Positions 9,199-16,015 of a stretch of DNA of 32,000 nt are shown in pieces (the stretch's first letter is position 1; each line of letters starts with the position of its first letter). Below the pieces are notes generated by a model that saw nothing but the letters and a program-made list of their open reading frames with translations, had not been told where the DNA came from and ran no database searches. The DNA lies in contig NZ_JHUX01000003.1 in assembly GCF_000619845.1 (NCBI RefSeq), forward strand, positions 430,064 to 462,063, read 5' to 3'. Both the position numbers and the translations under genes were made by a program. Source of the DNA: Alkanindiges illinoisensis DSM 15370 (GTDB lineage: Bacteria > Pseudomonadota > Gammaproteobacteria > Pseudomonadales > Moraxellaceae).

Positions 9199-10239
9199 TT
9201 AAGCCTCTTTTTCCAGTCCTTCATGCGGCAGGTTGCCAATCGGGCATTCAGCCACGCCAATGGTAGAGCGAGTAAAGCTTTCGACATTGGCCTGTGCTTT
9301 TTCGGCATCCAGCACCCATGTGCGGTAAAAATCAAACGGGCAGGTGGCTACACCCTTGTCGCCATCGCCATTGTTGTAAACGCCGGTGTAACCACGATGC
9401 AGCAGCTTGAACAAATGATTTTGTGCCTGATCGTACTTGCGCGCATCGCGGATTTCGGGGATGGATAATTGCGCGTACTGAATGCCATTTTCTTCTTCGC
9501 CACATTCGCCTAAGGTGCGGCCATCAAAACCCACAATGGCTGAATGACCAAAATAGGTATACACGCCATCAAAACCGGTGCAGTTGGCGACAGCCACATA
9601 GCAGTTGTTGGCCCAAGCCATGGTTTTGGCCATCATGATCTGCTGTTCCTTGGCGGGGTACATATAACCCTGACAGCGCACAATCAGCTCGGCGCCTTTC
9701 ATGGCACAGTCACGCCAGATTTCGGGATAGTTGCCGTCATCACAGATAATCAGGGAAATTTTTAAGCCTTTGGGGCCAACCGACACATAAGTCTGATCGC
9801 CTGGACACCAGCCTTCAATCGGGCACCACGGGATTACCTTGCGGTATTTCTGCACAATCTCGCCGTCGTTATTAATCAGTACCAGCGTGTTGTATGGTAC
9901 TTTCTGCGGGTGCTGTTCATGCCGTTCGCCGGTAATGGAAAACACGCCCCACACATTGGCCTGCTTGCACGCCGCCGAGAAAATCGCGGTTTCATCACCG
10001 GGAATAGTGGCGGCGGTTTCCATCATTTCGCTCTGGTCATACATGATGCCCATGGTGCTGTATTCGGGAAAAATCACCAGATCCATACCGGGCAAACCCT
10101 GCTTCATGCCAATCAGCATGTCAGCAATTTTTTTGGCATTGTCCAGCACTTCGGCTTTGGTGTGCAGGCGTGGAATGCGATAGTTCACTACGGCCACACC
10201 CACGGTACTGGGACTGCTTGAAATATCGCCATGACGCAT
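9199..10239 (-). CDS. amiE: Aliphatic amidase (nitrilase superfamily)
   Basis: 346 aa, colinear by eye with P. aeruginosa AmiE from [17 protein letters not shown] to [23 protein letters not shown]. Catalytic contexts are present: FPE59YS, KYRK134VIPW, LIIC166DDGNYPE. A GAAGGAAG SD lies upstream. Confidence 0.97.
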   Translation of the reverse strand: MRHGDISSSPSTVGVAVVNYRIPRLHTKAEVLDNAKKIADMLIGMKQGLPGMDLVIFPEYSTMGIMYDQSEMMETAATIPGDETAIFSAACKQANVWGVFSITGERHEQHPQKVPYNTLVLINNDGEIVQKYRKVIPWCPIEGWCPGDQTYVSVGPKGLKISLIICDDGNYPEIWRDCAMKGAELIVRCQGYMYPAKEQQIMMAKTMAWANNCYVAVANCTGFDGVYTYFGHSAIVGFDGRTLGECGEEENGIQYAQLSIPEIRDARKYDQAQNHLFKLLHRGYTGVYNNGDGDKGVATCPFDFYRTWVLDAEKAQANVESFTRSTIGVAECPIGNLPHEGLEKEA

Positions 10240-10285
10240 GATGTCTTCCTTCTTTCAACGGACTAAATGCAGCAGTCTAAATTCA

Positions 10286-10370
10286 GTAAAAACACAACAG
10301 GGCAGGCATGCTTTAAAGCCGGGAGGATGGCTTAACCGCTGTGGTGGTATGCTTGGCCTGTCCTGTTGTG
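10286..10370 (-). promoter_or_regulatory. amiE 5-prime leader: long stem plus U5 (terminator-like, candidate conditional terminator)
   Basis: In minus-strand RNA, CACAACAGGACAGGC (10370-10356) pairs with GCCUGCCCUGUUGUG (10307-10293): 14 of 15 pairs with one A-C mismatch. The stem is followed immediately by UUUUUAC. The 48-nt interior contains a further AAGCC/GGCUU hairpin. The structure ends about 50 nt upstream of the amiE ATG. Confidence 0.45.
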
Positions 10371-10405
10371 ATGGCTTTAGTGTTGAATAAAAAAACACAA
10401 GAAAA

Positions 10406-10425
10406 CATACGTTGGATGACGTATA
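10406..10425. promoter_or_regulatory. 20-bp palindrome CATACG-N8-CGTATA upstream of the amiE leader (candidate operator)
   Basis: Sequence CATACGTTGGATGACGTATA. It lies between the urtE terminator and the amiE leader hairpin. Its arms and spacing are nearly identical to the palindrome at 15866-15885. Confidence 0.45.
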
Positions 10426-10473
10426 AAATGTGACTTAATAAATTATTAATCATTTGTTTATTAAAATGTTTTT

Positions 10474-10514
10474 AAATAAAAAAAGGCCTATGCAAAAAAG
10501 GATGCATAGGCCTT
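10474..10514 (-). terminator. Rho-independent terminator of the urt operon
   Basis: A perfect 12-bp stem (10483-10494 pairs with 10503-10514) with an 8-nt loop. On the minus strand it is followed by TTTTTATTT. It lies about 50 nt after the urtE stop. Confidence 0.8.
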
Positions 10515-10564
10515 GAAACTAAAAAATTCAGAATATTTTTTACTGGTTGGAACGGTTTAAAGAC

Positions 10565-11266
10565 CTAAACCGACAAATACTGGCTAATGGTTTTTTCATC
10601 CACGTTGTCGCGGGTGTTTTCATACACCAGCCGACCCTTGTCAATCACAAAAAAGCGGTCAGCAATGTCCATGGTAAAGCTCAGCACCTGCTCGGATACC
10701 ACAATGGTCAGATCGCGCTGGTCACGGATTTGTTTGAGCGAGCGGGCAATATCCTTAATGATGGAGGGCTGAATGCCTTCGGTGGGTTCGTCTAAAAGCA
10801 ACACTTTGGGGTTGGTCGCCAGTGCCCGCGCAATCGCCAGTTGTTGCTGCTGGCCACCGGACAAATTGCCGCCCTTGCGCTTGCGCATGTCATACAGCAC
10901 CGGGAACAGTTCATATAAATCTTCTGGCACCTTGCCGCGTGCCGAAGCAGGCAGGCCGGTCTGGATATTTTCCAGTACCGTCATGGTGGAAAATATCATG
11001 CGGCCCTGCGGCACATAAGCCAGTCCATTATTAACGCGCTGATAAGAATCCATTTTTTCAATGCGCTTGCCGTCCAGCGTAATTTCACCACCTCGGGTTG
11101 GCAGCACGCCCATCAGGGTTTTAAACAGCGTGGTTTTGCCCATGCCATTACGGCCCATCACCGCAATAATTTCATTTTTGGCCACGTCTAGGTTTAGCTG
11201 GTGAATCACTTCACTTTGTCCATAGCCGGAGGCCAGGGCTTGAATATTAAACATACTGCTCATCAT
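10565..11266 (-). CDS. urtE: Urea/short-chain-amide ABC transporter ATP-binding protein UrtE
   Basis: ABC ATPase with Walker A GRNGMGKTT, signature LSGGQQQ and Walker B LLLDEP; LivF-like and last gene of the urt operon. Start set at ATG 11266 (GGAGA SD) rather than the track's 11311. Confidence 0.9.
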   Translation of the reverse strand: MMSSMFNIQALASGYGQSEVIHQLNLDVAKNEIIAVMGRNGMGKTTLFKTLMGVLPTRGGEITLDGKRIEKMDSYQRVNNGLAYVPQGRMIFSTMTVLENIQTGLPASARGKVPEDLYELFPVLYDMRKRKGGNLSGGQQQQLAIARALATNPKVLLLDEPTEGIQPSIIKDIARSLKQIRDQRDLTIVVSEQVLSFTMDIADRFFVIDKGRLVYENTRDNVDEKTISQYLSV

Positions 11267-11323
11267 GTTTTCTCCAGTATGACATTTAGAAATATTGAAC
11301 AACGTCGGCAATGCAGCTCGCTA

Positions 11324-12088
11324 TTAATGGCCCAAATACACTTCGATCACTTTAGGATTGCTCTGTACATCTTCCATTTTGCCTTCTGCCAGAATCTGTC
11401 CCTGATGCAGCACGGTTACTTTATCGGCAATGGTTTTAACAAATTCCATATCGTGCTCAATCACCAGCACCGAGCGGCCTTCACAAATCTTACGAATCAA
11501 CAGCGCGGTTTTTTCGCGTTCCGAAACACTCATGCCAGCCACCGGTTCATCCAGCATCACTAGTTCGGGGTCTTGCATCAGCAGCATGCCAATTTCCAGC
11601 CACTGTTTTTGCCCGTGTGAGAGTAAATCAGCAGTTTGATCCAGCATGTCGGTGAGAAAAATCTCGGCAGCAATGGCTTTTACCCGGTCAATCACATCAT
11701 TTGATCGTTTGAAAAATAGTGCGCCAAACACGGTACGCCCGCGTGGAAAGGACATTTCCAGATTTTCAAACACGGTCAGGTTTTCATAAATGGACGGGGT
11801 CTGAAACTTGCGGCCAACGCCAGCATGCACAATCGCATGCTCGCTCATGCCGGTTAATTCCTTGCCCTTAAACTGGATTTTGCCGCTGGTGGCACGGGTT
11901 TTGCCGCAAATCAAATCCAGCACCGTGGTTTTGCCGGCACCGTTAGGGCCAATCACCACGCGTACTTCATTGGGATCAATGTACATGGTGAGGTTGTTGA
12001 CGGCCTTGAATCCGTCAAACGACACGGTTAAGTCTTCAACTAGCAGCACTGGTTTTGGCATTTCAACGCCAATGGCTTGATGGCTCAT
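11324..12088 (-). CDS. urtD: Urea/short-chain-amide ABC transporter ATP-binding protein UrtD
   Basis: ABC ATPase with Walker A GPNGAGKTT, LSHGQKQ and Walker B VMLDEP; LivG-like. Its ATG overlaps the urtC stop (ATGA at 12085-12088). Confidence 0.9.
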   Translation of the reverse strand: MSHQAIGVEMPKPVLLVEDLTVSFDGFKAVNNLTMYIDPNEVRVVIGPNGAGKTTVLDLICGKTRATSGKIQFKGKELTGMSEHAIVHAGVGRKFQTPSIYENLTVFENLEMSFPRGRTVFGALFFKRSNDVIDRVKAIAAEIFLTDMLDQTADLLSHGQKQWLEIGMLLMQDPELVMLDEPVAGMSVSEREKTALLIRKICEGRSVLVIEHDMEFVKTIADKVTVLHQGQILAEGKMEDVQSNPKVIEVYLGH

Positions 12089-13263
12089 TTGCTGGACTCC
12101 TCTGCGCTGGCTGCTGTCACGCTAACCGGGCTGTGTTCAACCACCACACTATTGCTGCTGGCCGGGGTTTTGGTTTTTTTGGCCGAAAAATAAGGCTTGA
12201 CGTACTTGTCATACAGACCAGCCAGACCATTGGGGAAGAACATCACCACCACAATAAACAGGCCACCCATCAGGAATAACCACAGCTCCGGGAAGGATTC
12301 AGAAAAGTAGGTTTTGCCAAAGTTCACCAGCAGCGTGCCGTATACAGCGCCCAGCAAGGACAGGCGACCACCCACTGCCGCAAATATCACCATTTCAATC
12401 GAAGGCACGATGCCGACAAAGGACGGTGACATAAAGCCCACTTGCAGGGTAAACATGGCACCGCCAATGGCTGAAATGGCAGCGGCAACACAGAAAATAA
12501 ATACCTTGTACATCGATACGTTGTAGCCGGAAAAGCGTACCCGTTCTTCCTTGTCACGCATGGCAGACAGCAGGCGGCCCAGCTTGGAACTTAGGATATA
12601 GCGGCCGACCAGAATGGCAGCAATCAGCAAGCCCGCATTGACAAAGTACAACACGTATTTGGCCGAATCGGTGCGGATATCCCAGCCATGCAGGGTTTTG
12701 AGGTCAGTAATACCATTGACGCCACCAGTAAAGCCCTGCTGGCCAATGATTAAAATGGTCAGAATGGCGGCAATGGCCTGGGTGACAATTGAAAAGTACA
12801 CATCGCCCACGCGACGGGTAAACATGGCAATGCCAATGATAAAGGCCAGTACAGTGGGTACGGCAATCACCGCAAACAGGGTAAAGGCAAAACTATGGAA
12901 CGGTTCCCACATTAGCGGCAGGCTGGTCACCTGATTCCAGTCCATAAAGTCGGGAATGCCGGGTGTGGTCTGGTGCGCGGTACTGGTGGCATCCGAGGCT
13001 TCCAGCTTTAAAAACATGGCCATGCAGTAACCGCCAAGACCAAAGAAAATGCCCTGACCCAGACTTAAAATACCGCCGTGGCCCCAGCACAGCACTAATC
13101 CAACCGCCACAAAGGCATAGCTTAAATATTTGCCCACCAGGTTAAGGCGGAAGATGTCAAAGAAAACCGGCATCACCACTAAGATGATGGCCGCCAGAAT
13201 CAGCAGGCCAATGGCGCCCTGTTTTCCACCAAGTATTGCATTTAATGTATCTTTCATGATCAT
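12085..13263 (-). CDS. urtC: Urea/short-chain-amide ABC transporter permease UrtC
   Basis: 392 aa, highly hydrophobic LivM-like permease lying between urtB and urtD. Confidence 0.88.
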   Translation of the reverse strand: MIMKDTLNAILGGKQGAIGLLILAAIILVVMPVFFDIFRLNLVGKYLSYAFVAVGLVLCWGHGGILSLGQGIFFGLGGYCMAMFLKLEASDATSTAHQTTPGIPDFMDWNQVTSLPLMWEPFHSFAFTLFAVIAVPTVLAFIIGIAMFTRRVGDVYFSIVTQAIAAILTILIIGQQGFTGGVNGITDLKTLHGWDIRTDSAKYVLYFVNAGLLIAAILVGRYILSSKLGRLLSAMRDKEERVRFSGYNVSMYKVFIFCVAAAISAIGGAMFTLQVGFMSPSFVGIVPSIEMVIFAAVGGRLSLLGAVYGTLLVNFGKTYFSESFPELWLFLMGGLFIVVVMFFPNGLAGLYDKYVKPYFSAKKTKTPASSNSVVVEHSPVSVTAASAEESSK

Positions 13264-13326
13264 TCTTCTGTCAGTGAGGTGAAGACCGTGCGCAGTGACT
13301 TGCGCAGCCCTTGCATCAGTACGCCA

Positions 13327-14244
13327 CTACTTGCGCACCTTGACCGAAAACAAACCTTGCGGGCGAATCATCAGGATAATAATGACCACGGACAGGGTAA
13401 TGACTTTGGCCATTGAGCCACTAATAAAGAACTCAAGAACCGACTGGGTTTGTGCAATGGAGAAGGCCGAGGCAATGGTGCCAACCAGGCTTTGCGCGCC
13501 ACCAAACACCACTACTAAAAAGGTATCCACAATGTACAGCGAGCCAGAGGTTGGACCAGTGGAACCAATGGTGGTAAATGCAGCACCGGCAATACCAGCC
13601 ACCCCGCAGCCCAGCGCAAAGGTCATGCGGTCCACCCGCTTGGTATTAATGCCTACCGCGTTACTCATAATGCGGTTTTGTGTGGTGGCGCGTACTTGTA
13701 AGCCCCAGCGTGAACGGAACAGCAAATAGAAAATAATGCTGGTGACGACTAAGGTAATGCCCACCAGAAACAGGCCGTTAATGGGAATATCAATCAGGTC
13801 GGTGGGCTGGTAGGAACCCATCAGCCATTCCGGCAGGGTGGGGCTGACTTCCTTGGGACCAAAAGTAGAGCGGAAGATCTGCTGCATGACCAGACTCAAG
13901 CCCCAGGTGGCCAGCAGGGTATCCAGTGGACGGTGATACAGTCTTGAAATCATCACACGTTCCACGCCGTAGCCTACAAGGCCTGCAATAAAGAACGACA
14001 CAATGATGGCAATAAAAAAGTAGTAGGGCATCAAGGCCGGGGCATAGCTTTCGGTCAGGGTCGAGATCATGTAGGTGGTATAGGCACCAATGGTGAGAAA
14101 CTCGCCATGTGCCATGTTAATTACGCCCATCTGGCCAAAAATAATGGCAAGACCCAGGGCCATTAGCAGCAGCACACAAAACACCGATAAGCCATTAAAG
14201 CCTTGCATTGCGAAGATTGCGCCCATTTCTGAGAGTGAGGTCAT
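13327..14244 (-). CDS. urtB: Urea/short-chain-amide ABC transporter permease UrtB
   Basis: 305 aa LivH-like permease (MGVINMAHGEF motif). A TGGAG SD lies 7 nt upstream. Confidence 0.88.
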   Translation of the reverse strand: MTSLSEMGAIFAMQGFNGLSVFCVLLLMALGLAIIFGQMGVINMAHGEFLTIGAYTTYMISTLTESYAPALMPYYFFIAIIVSFFIAGLVGYGVERVMISRLYHRPLDTLLATWGLSLVMQQIFRSTFGPKEVSPTLPEWLMGSYQPTDLIDIPINGLFLVGITLVVTSIIFYLLFRSRWGLQVRATTQNRIMSNAVGINTKRVDRMTFALGCGVAGIAGAAFTTIGSTGPTSGSLYIVDTFLVVVFGGAQSLVGTIASAFSIAQTQSVLEFFISGSMAKVITLSVVIIILMIRPQGLFSVKVRK

Positions 14245-14349
14245 GGCAAACTCCAGCGTTGGGTTTGAAAGCAGGCGCTAAAAGCAGATATTAAAATTCT
14301 TGGCTTAACGCAACCGATTCAATCCAACGGTTAAAAGCAAATAGTGAAA

Positions 14350-14442
14350 AACAGTCTGTAAAAATCTTTGAACGCAGACTGTTAAAAGCAGTAGAACAAA
14401 AGACCAATAACCGGGCGGTGACAAGCATTGGCCCATCACCGC
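14350..14442 (-). promoter_or_regulatory. Two intercistronic stem-loops in the urtA-urtB spacer
   Basis: AACAGTCTG (14350-14358) pairs with CAGACTGTT (14375-14383), and GCGGTGA (14415-14421) pairs with TCACCGC (14436-14442). There is no strong U-tract. This is consistent with the mRNA-stabilising or partial-terminating structures often found after binding-protein genes. Confidence 0.4.
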
Positions 14443-14467
14443 AAGGATCAATTCAGGACTAAATTGC

Positions 14468-15724
14468 CTAGTAACCTTTCGGGAACGGGTTTGGCACAAT
14501 CAGCTTGGGTGATTCATATACCACCTTAAACTGGCCGTTGGGCAGCGCCATACCAATGCGGGACTTGCTCCACAGGTGATGGTTTGGATGCACTTTCACA
14601 TAGCCTTCCGGTGCAGTTTTCAGCTCAATACCAGGAGAAGCAGCCACCACCTTGTTCACATCAAAACTACCGGCTTTTTCAACTGCGGCTTTCCACAGCC
14701 ATGGACCCAGATAAGCTGCCTGCGTTACATCACCAATCACGGCTTTGGGGCCATATTTGGCTTTGAAGGCCTGTACGAATTTCACATTGTTGGGGTTATT
14801 CAGGCTCTGGAAGTATTTAAACGAGGCATAGAACCCGGCCATGTTTTCACCGCCAATCCCCAGCAATTCATCCTCGCTGGCTGAGAAGGTCAGCAGGGTT
14901 TGCTTGTTGCCTGTCACGCCAGCAGCTTTTAGCTGTTTGTAAAACGCCACGTTGGAGCCGCCTACTACCGCAGAGACAATGGCATCCGGGTGCTTGAGCT
15001 TCATTTTGTTAATCAGTGAGCCAAACTGGGTGCTGCCCAGCGCATAGTATTCTTCACCCACCACTTTGCCTTTCAGCACTTTTTCAATATGGGTACGGGC
15101 AATTTTCATGGTGGTGCGCGGCCAGATATAATCAGAGCCCACCAGGTAAAAAGTCTTGGCTTTCTTCTCGCGCGCCAGCCAGTTCAGGGCTTCAAGCACC
15201 TGCTGGGTGGCTTCCTGTCCGGTGTAAATCACGTTTTTGGATTGTTCCAGCCCTTCATAAAAGGTGGGGTAATACAGCAGGCCATTGTCACGTTCAAAAA
15301 TGGGCAGTACCGCTTTGCGTGAAGCAGAGGTCCAGCAGCCAAAAACGGCAGCAACCCGGTCTTTTTCTAACAATTTTTTGGATTTTTCAGCAAAGGTTGG
15401 CCAGTCAGAGGCACCATCTTCCTGAATAATACGAATCTTGCGGCCCAGGATTCCGCCTTGCGCATTGATCTGTTCAATGGCCAGTCGTTCGGCCTGAATG
15501 GCACCGGTTTCACTGATGGCCATGGTGCCAGTGGCAGAGTGCAACTGACCAACCACCACTTCCTTGTCATTCACGGCAAGCTTGGTGGTATTGATGGCTG
15601 CGGTTGCTGGTGCAGCCTGTGCCAGGATGGGCAGCATGGCCAAAGGTAAGGACATTAACCCCAAAACCAGTTTACGACGGCTGGTTTTTAATGTGGATTG
15701 GAGCGTTTTAGTGGGATTGGTCAT
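14468..15724 (-). CDS. urtA: Periplasmic urea/short-chain-amide-binding protein (UrtA/FmdD, LivJ-fold)
   Basis: A signal peptide with an RR-containing n-region (TSRRKLVLGLMSLPLAMLPILAQA) precedes a type-I periplasmic binding fold (VVGQLHSATGTMAISE, FGCWTSASRKAV). Start set at ATG 15724 (AGGAG 9 nt upstream) rather than the track's 15775. Confidence 0.9.
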   Translation of the reverse strand: MTNPTKTLQSTLKTSRRKLVLGLMSLPLAMLPILAQAAPATAAINTTKLAVNDKEVVVGQLHSATGTMAISETGAIQAERLAIEQINAQGGILGRKIRIIQEDGASDWPTFAEKSKKLLEKDRVAAVFGCWTSASRKAVLPIFERDNGLLYYPTFYEGLEQSKNVIYTGQEATQQVLEALNWLAREKKAKTFYLVGSDYIWPRTTMKIARTHIEKVLKGKVVGEEYYALGSTQFGSLINKMKLKHPDAIVSAVVGGSNVAFYKQLKAAGVTGNKQTLLTFSASEDELLGIGGENMAGFYASFKYFQSLNNPNNVKFVQAFKAKYGPKAVIGDVTQAAYLGPWLWKAAVEKAGSFDVNKVVAASPGIELKTAPEGYVKVHPNHHLWSKSRIGMALPNGQFKVVYESPKLIVPNPFPKGY

Positions 15725-15865
15725 GGTTGACGACTCCTGAAAAAGCAATGTGTAAAGGCAGTGCTTAAACCGCAAGCTTGTTGTGCTATTGAACTGTTTA
15801 TCAGCAGGTTAAACAGGCCACCTGCCAGCTTGTAATCAGACTACGTGCAACGCCGTACTGCCCGC

Positions 15866-15885
15866 TATACGTCACATTGCGTATA
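15866..15885. promoter_or_regulatory. 20-bp palindrome TATACG-N8-CGTATA in the divergent urtA / sensor-kinase control region (candidate operator)
   Basis: Sequence TATACGTCACATTGCGTATA has perfect 6-bp inverted arms. It lies about 140 nt upstream of the urtA ATG and about 120-130 nt upstream of the kinase start. Its architecture matches 10406-10425. Confidence 0.45.
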
Positions 15886-16015
15886 TCGGGTTTAAAAAAT
15901 AGCCAGCTTGTGAAAAAAGAAAATTGGAATGAGAAAAACAATGGACCGATAGCATTGATCTTGGCGCGCTTTTTGAATTGATGAGATACGCTATTTTTTA
16001 AATGTTGTGTTATCC

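Noticed and set aside
14305-14499. 64-aa minus-strand ORF in the urtA-urtB spacer.
   Set aside because: It overlaps the 3-prime end of urtA in another frame and runs through the stem-loops and repeats. No SD or recognisable family was seen.
15962-15977. Sigma-54-like element TGGCGC-N5-TTGA upstream of the sensor kinase.
   Set aside because: The GG spacing is right, but the -12 element reads GA instead of the near-invariant GC. A minus-strand candidate near 15848-15864 (GGCAG...TTGCA) has the wrong spacing by 2 nt. Neither is sufficient to call an RpoN promoter.
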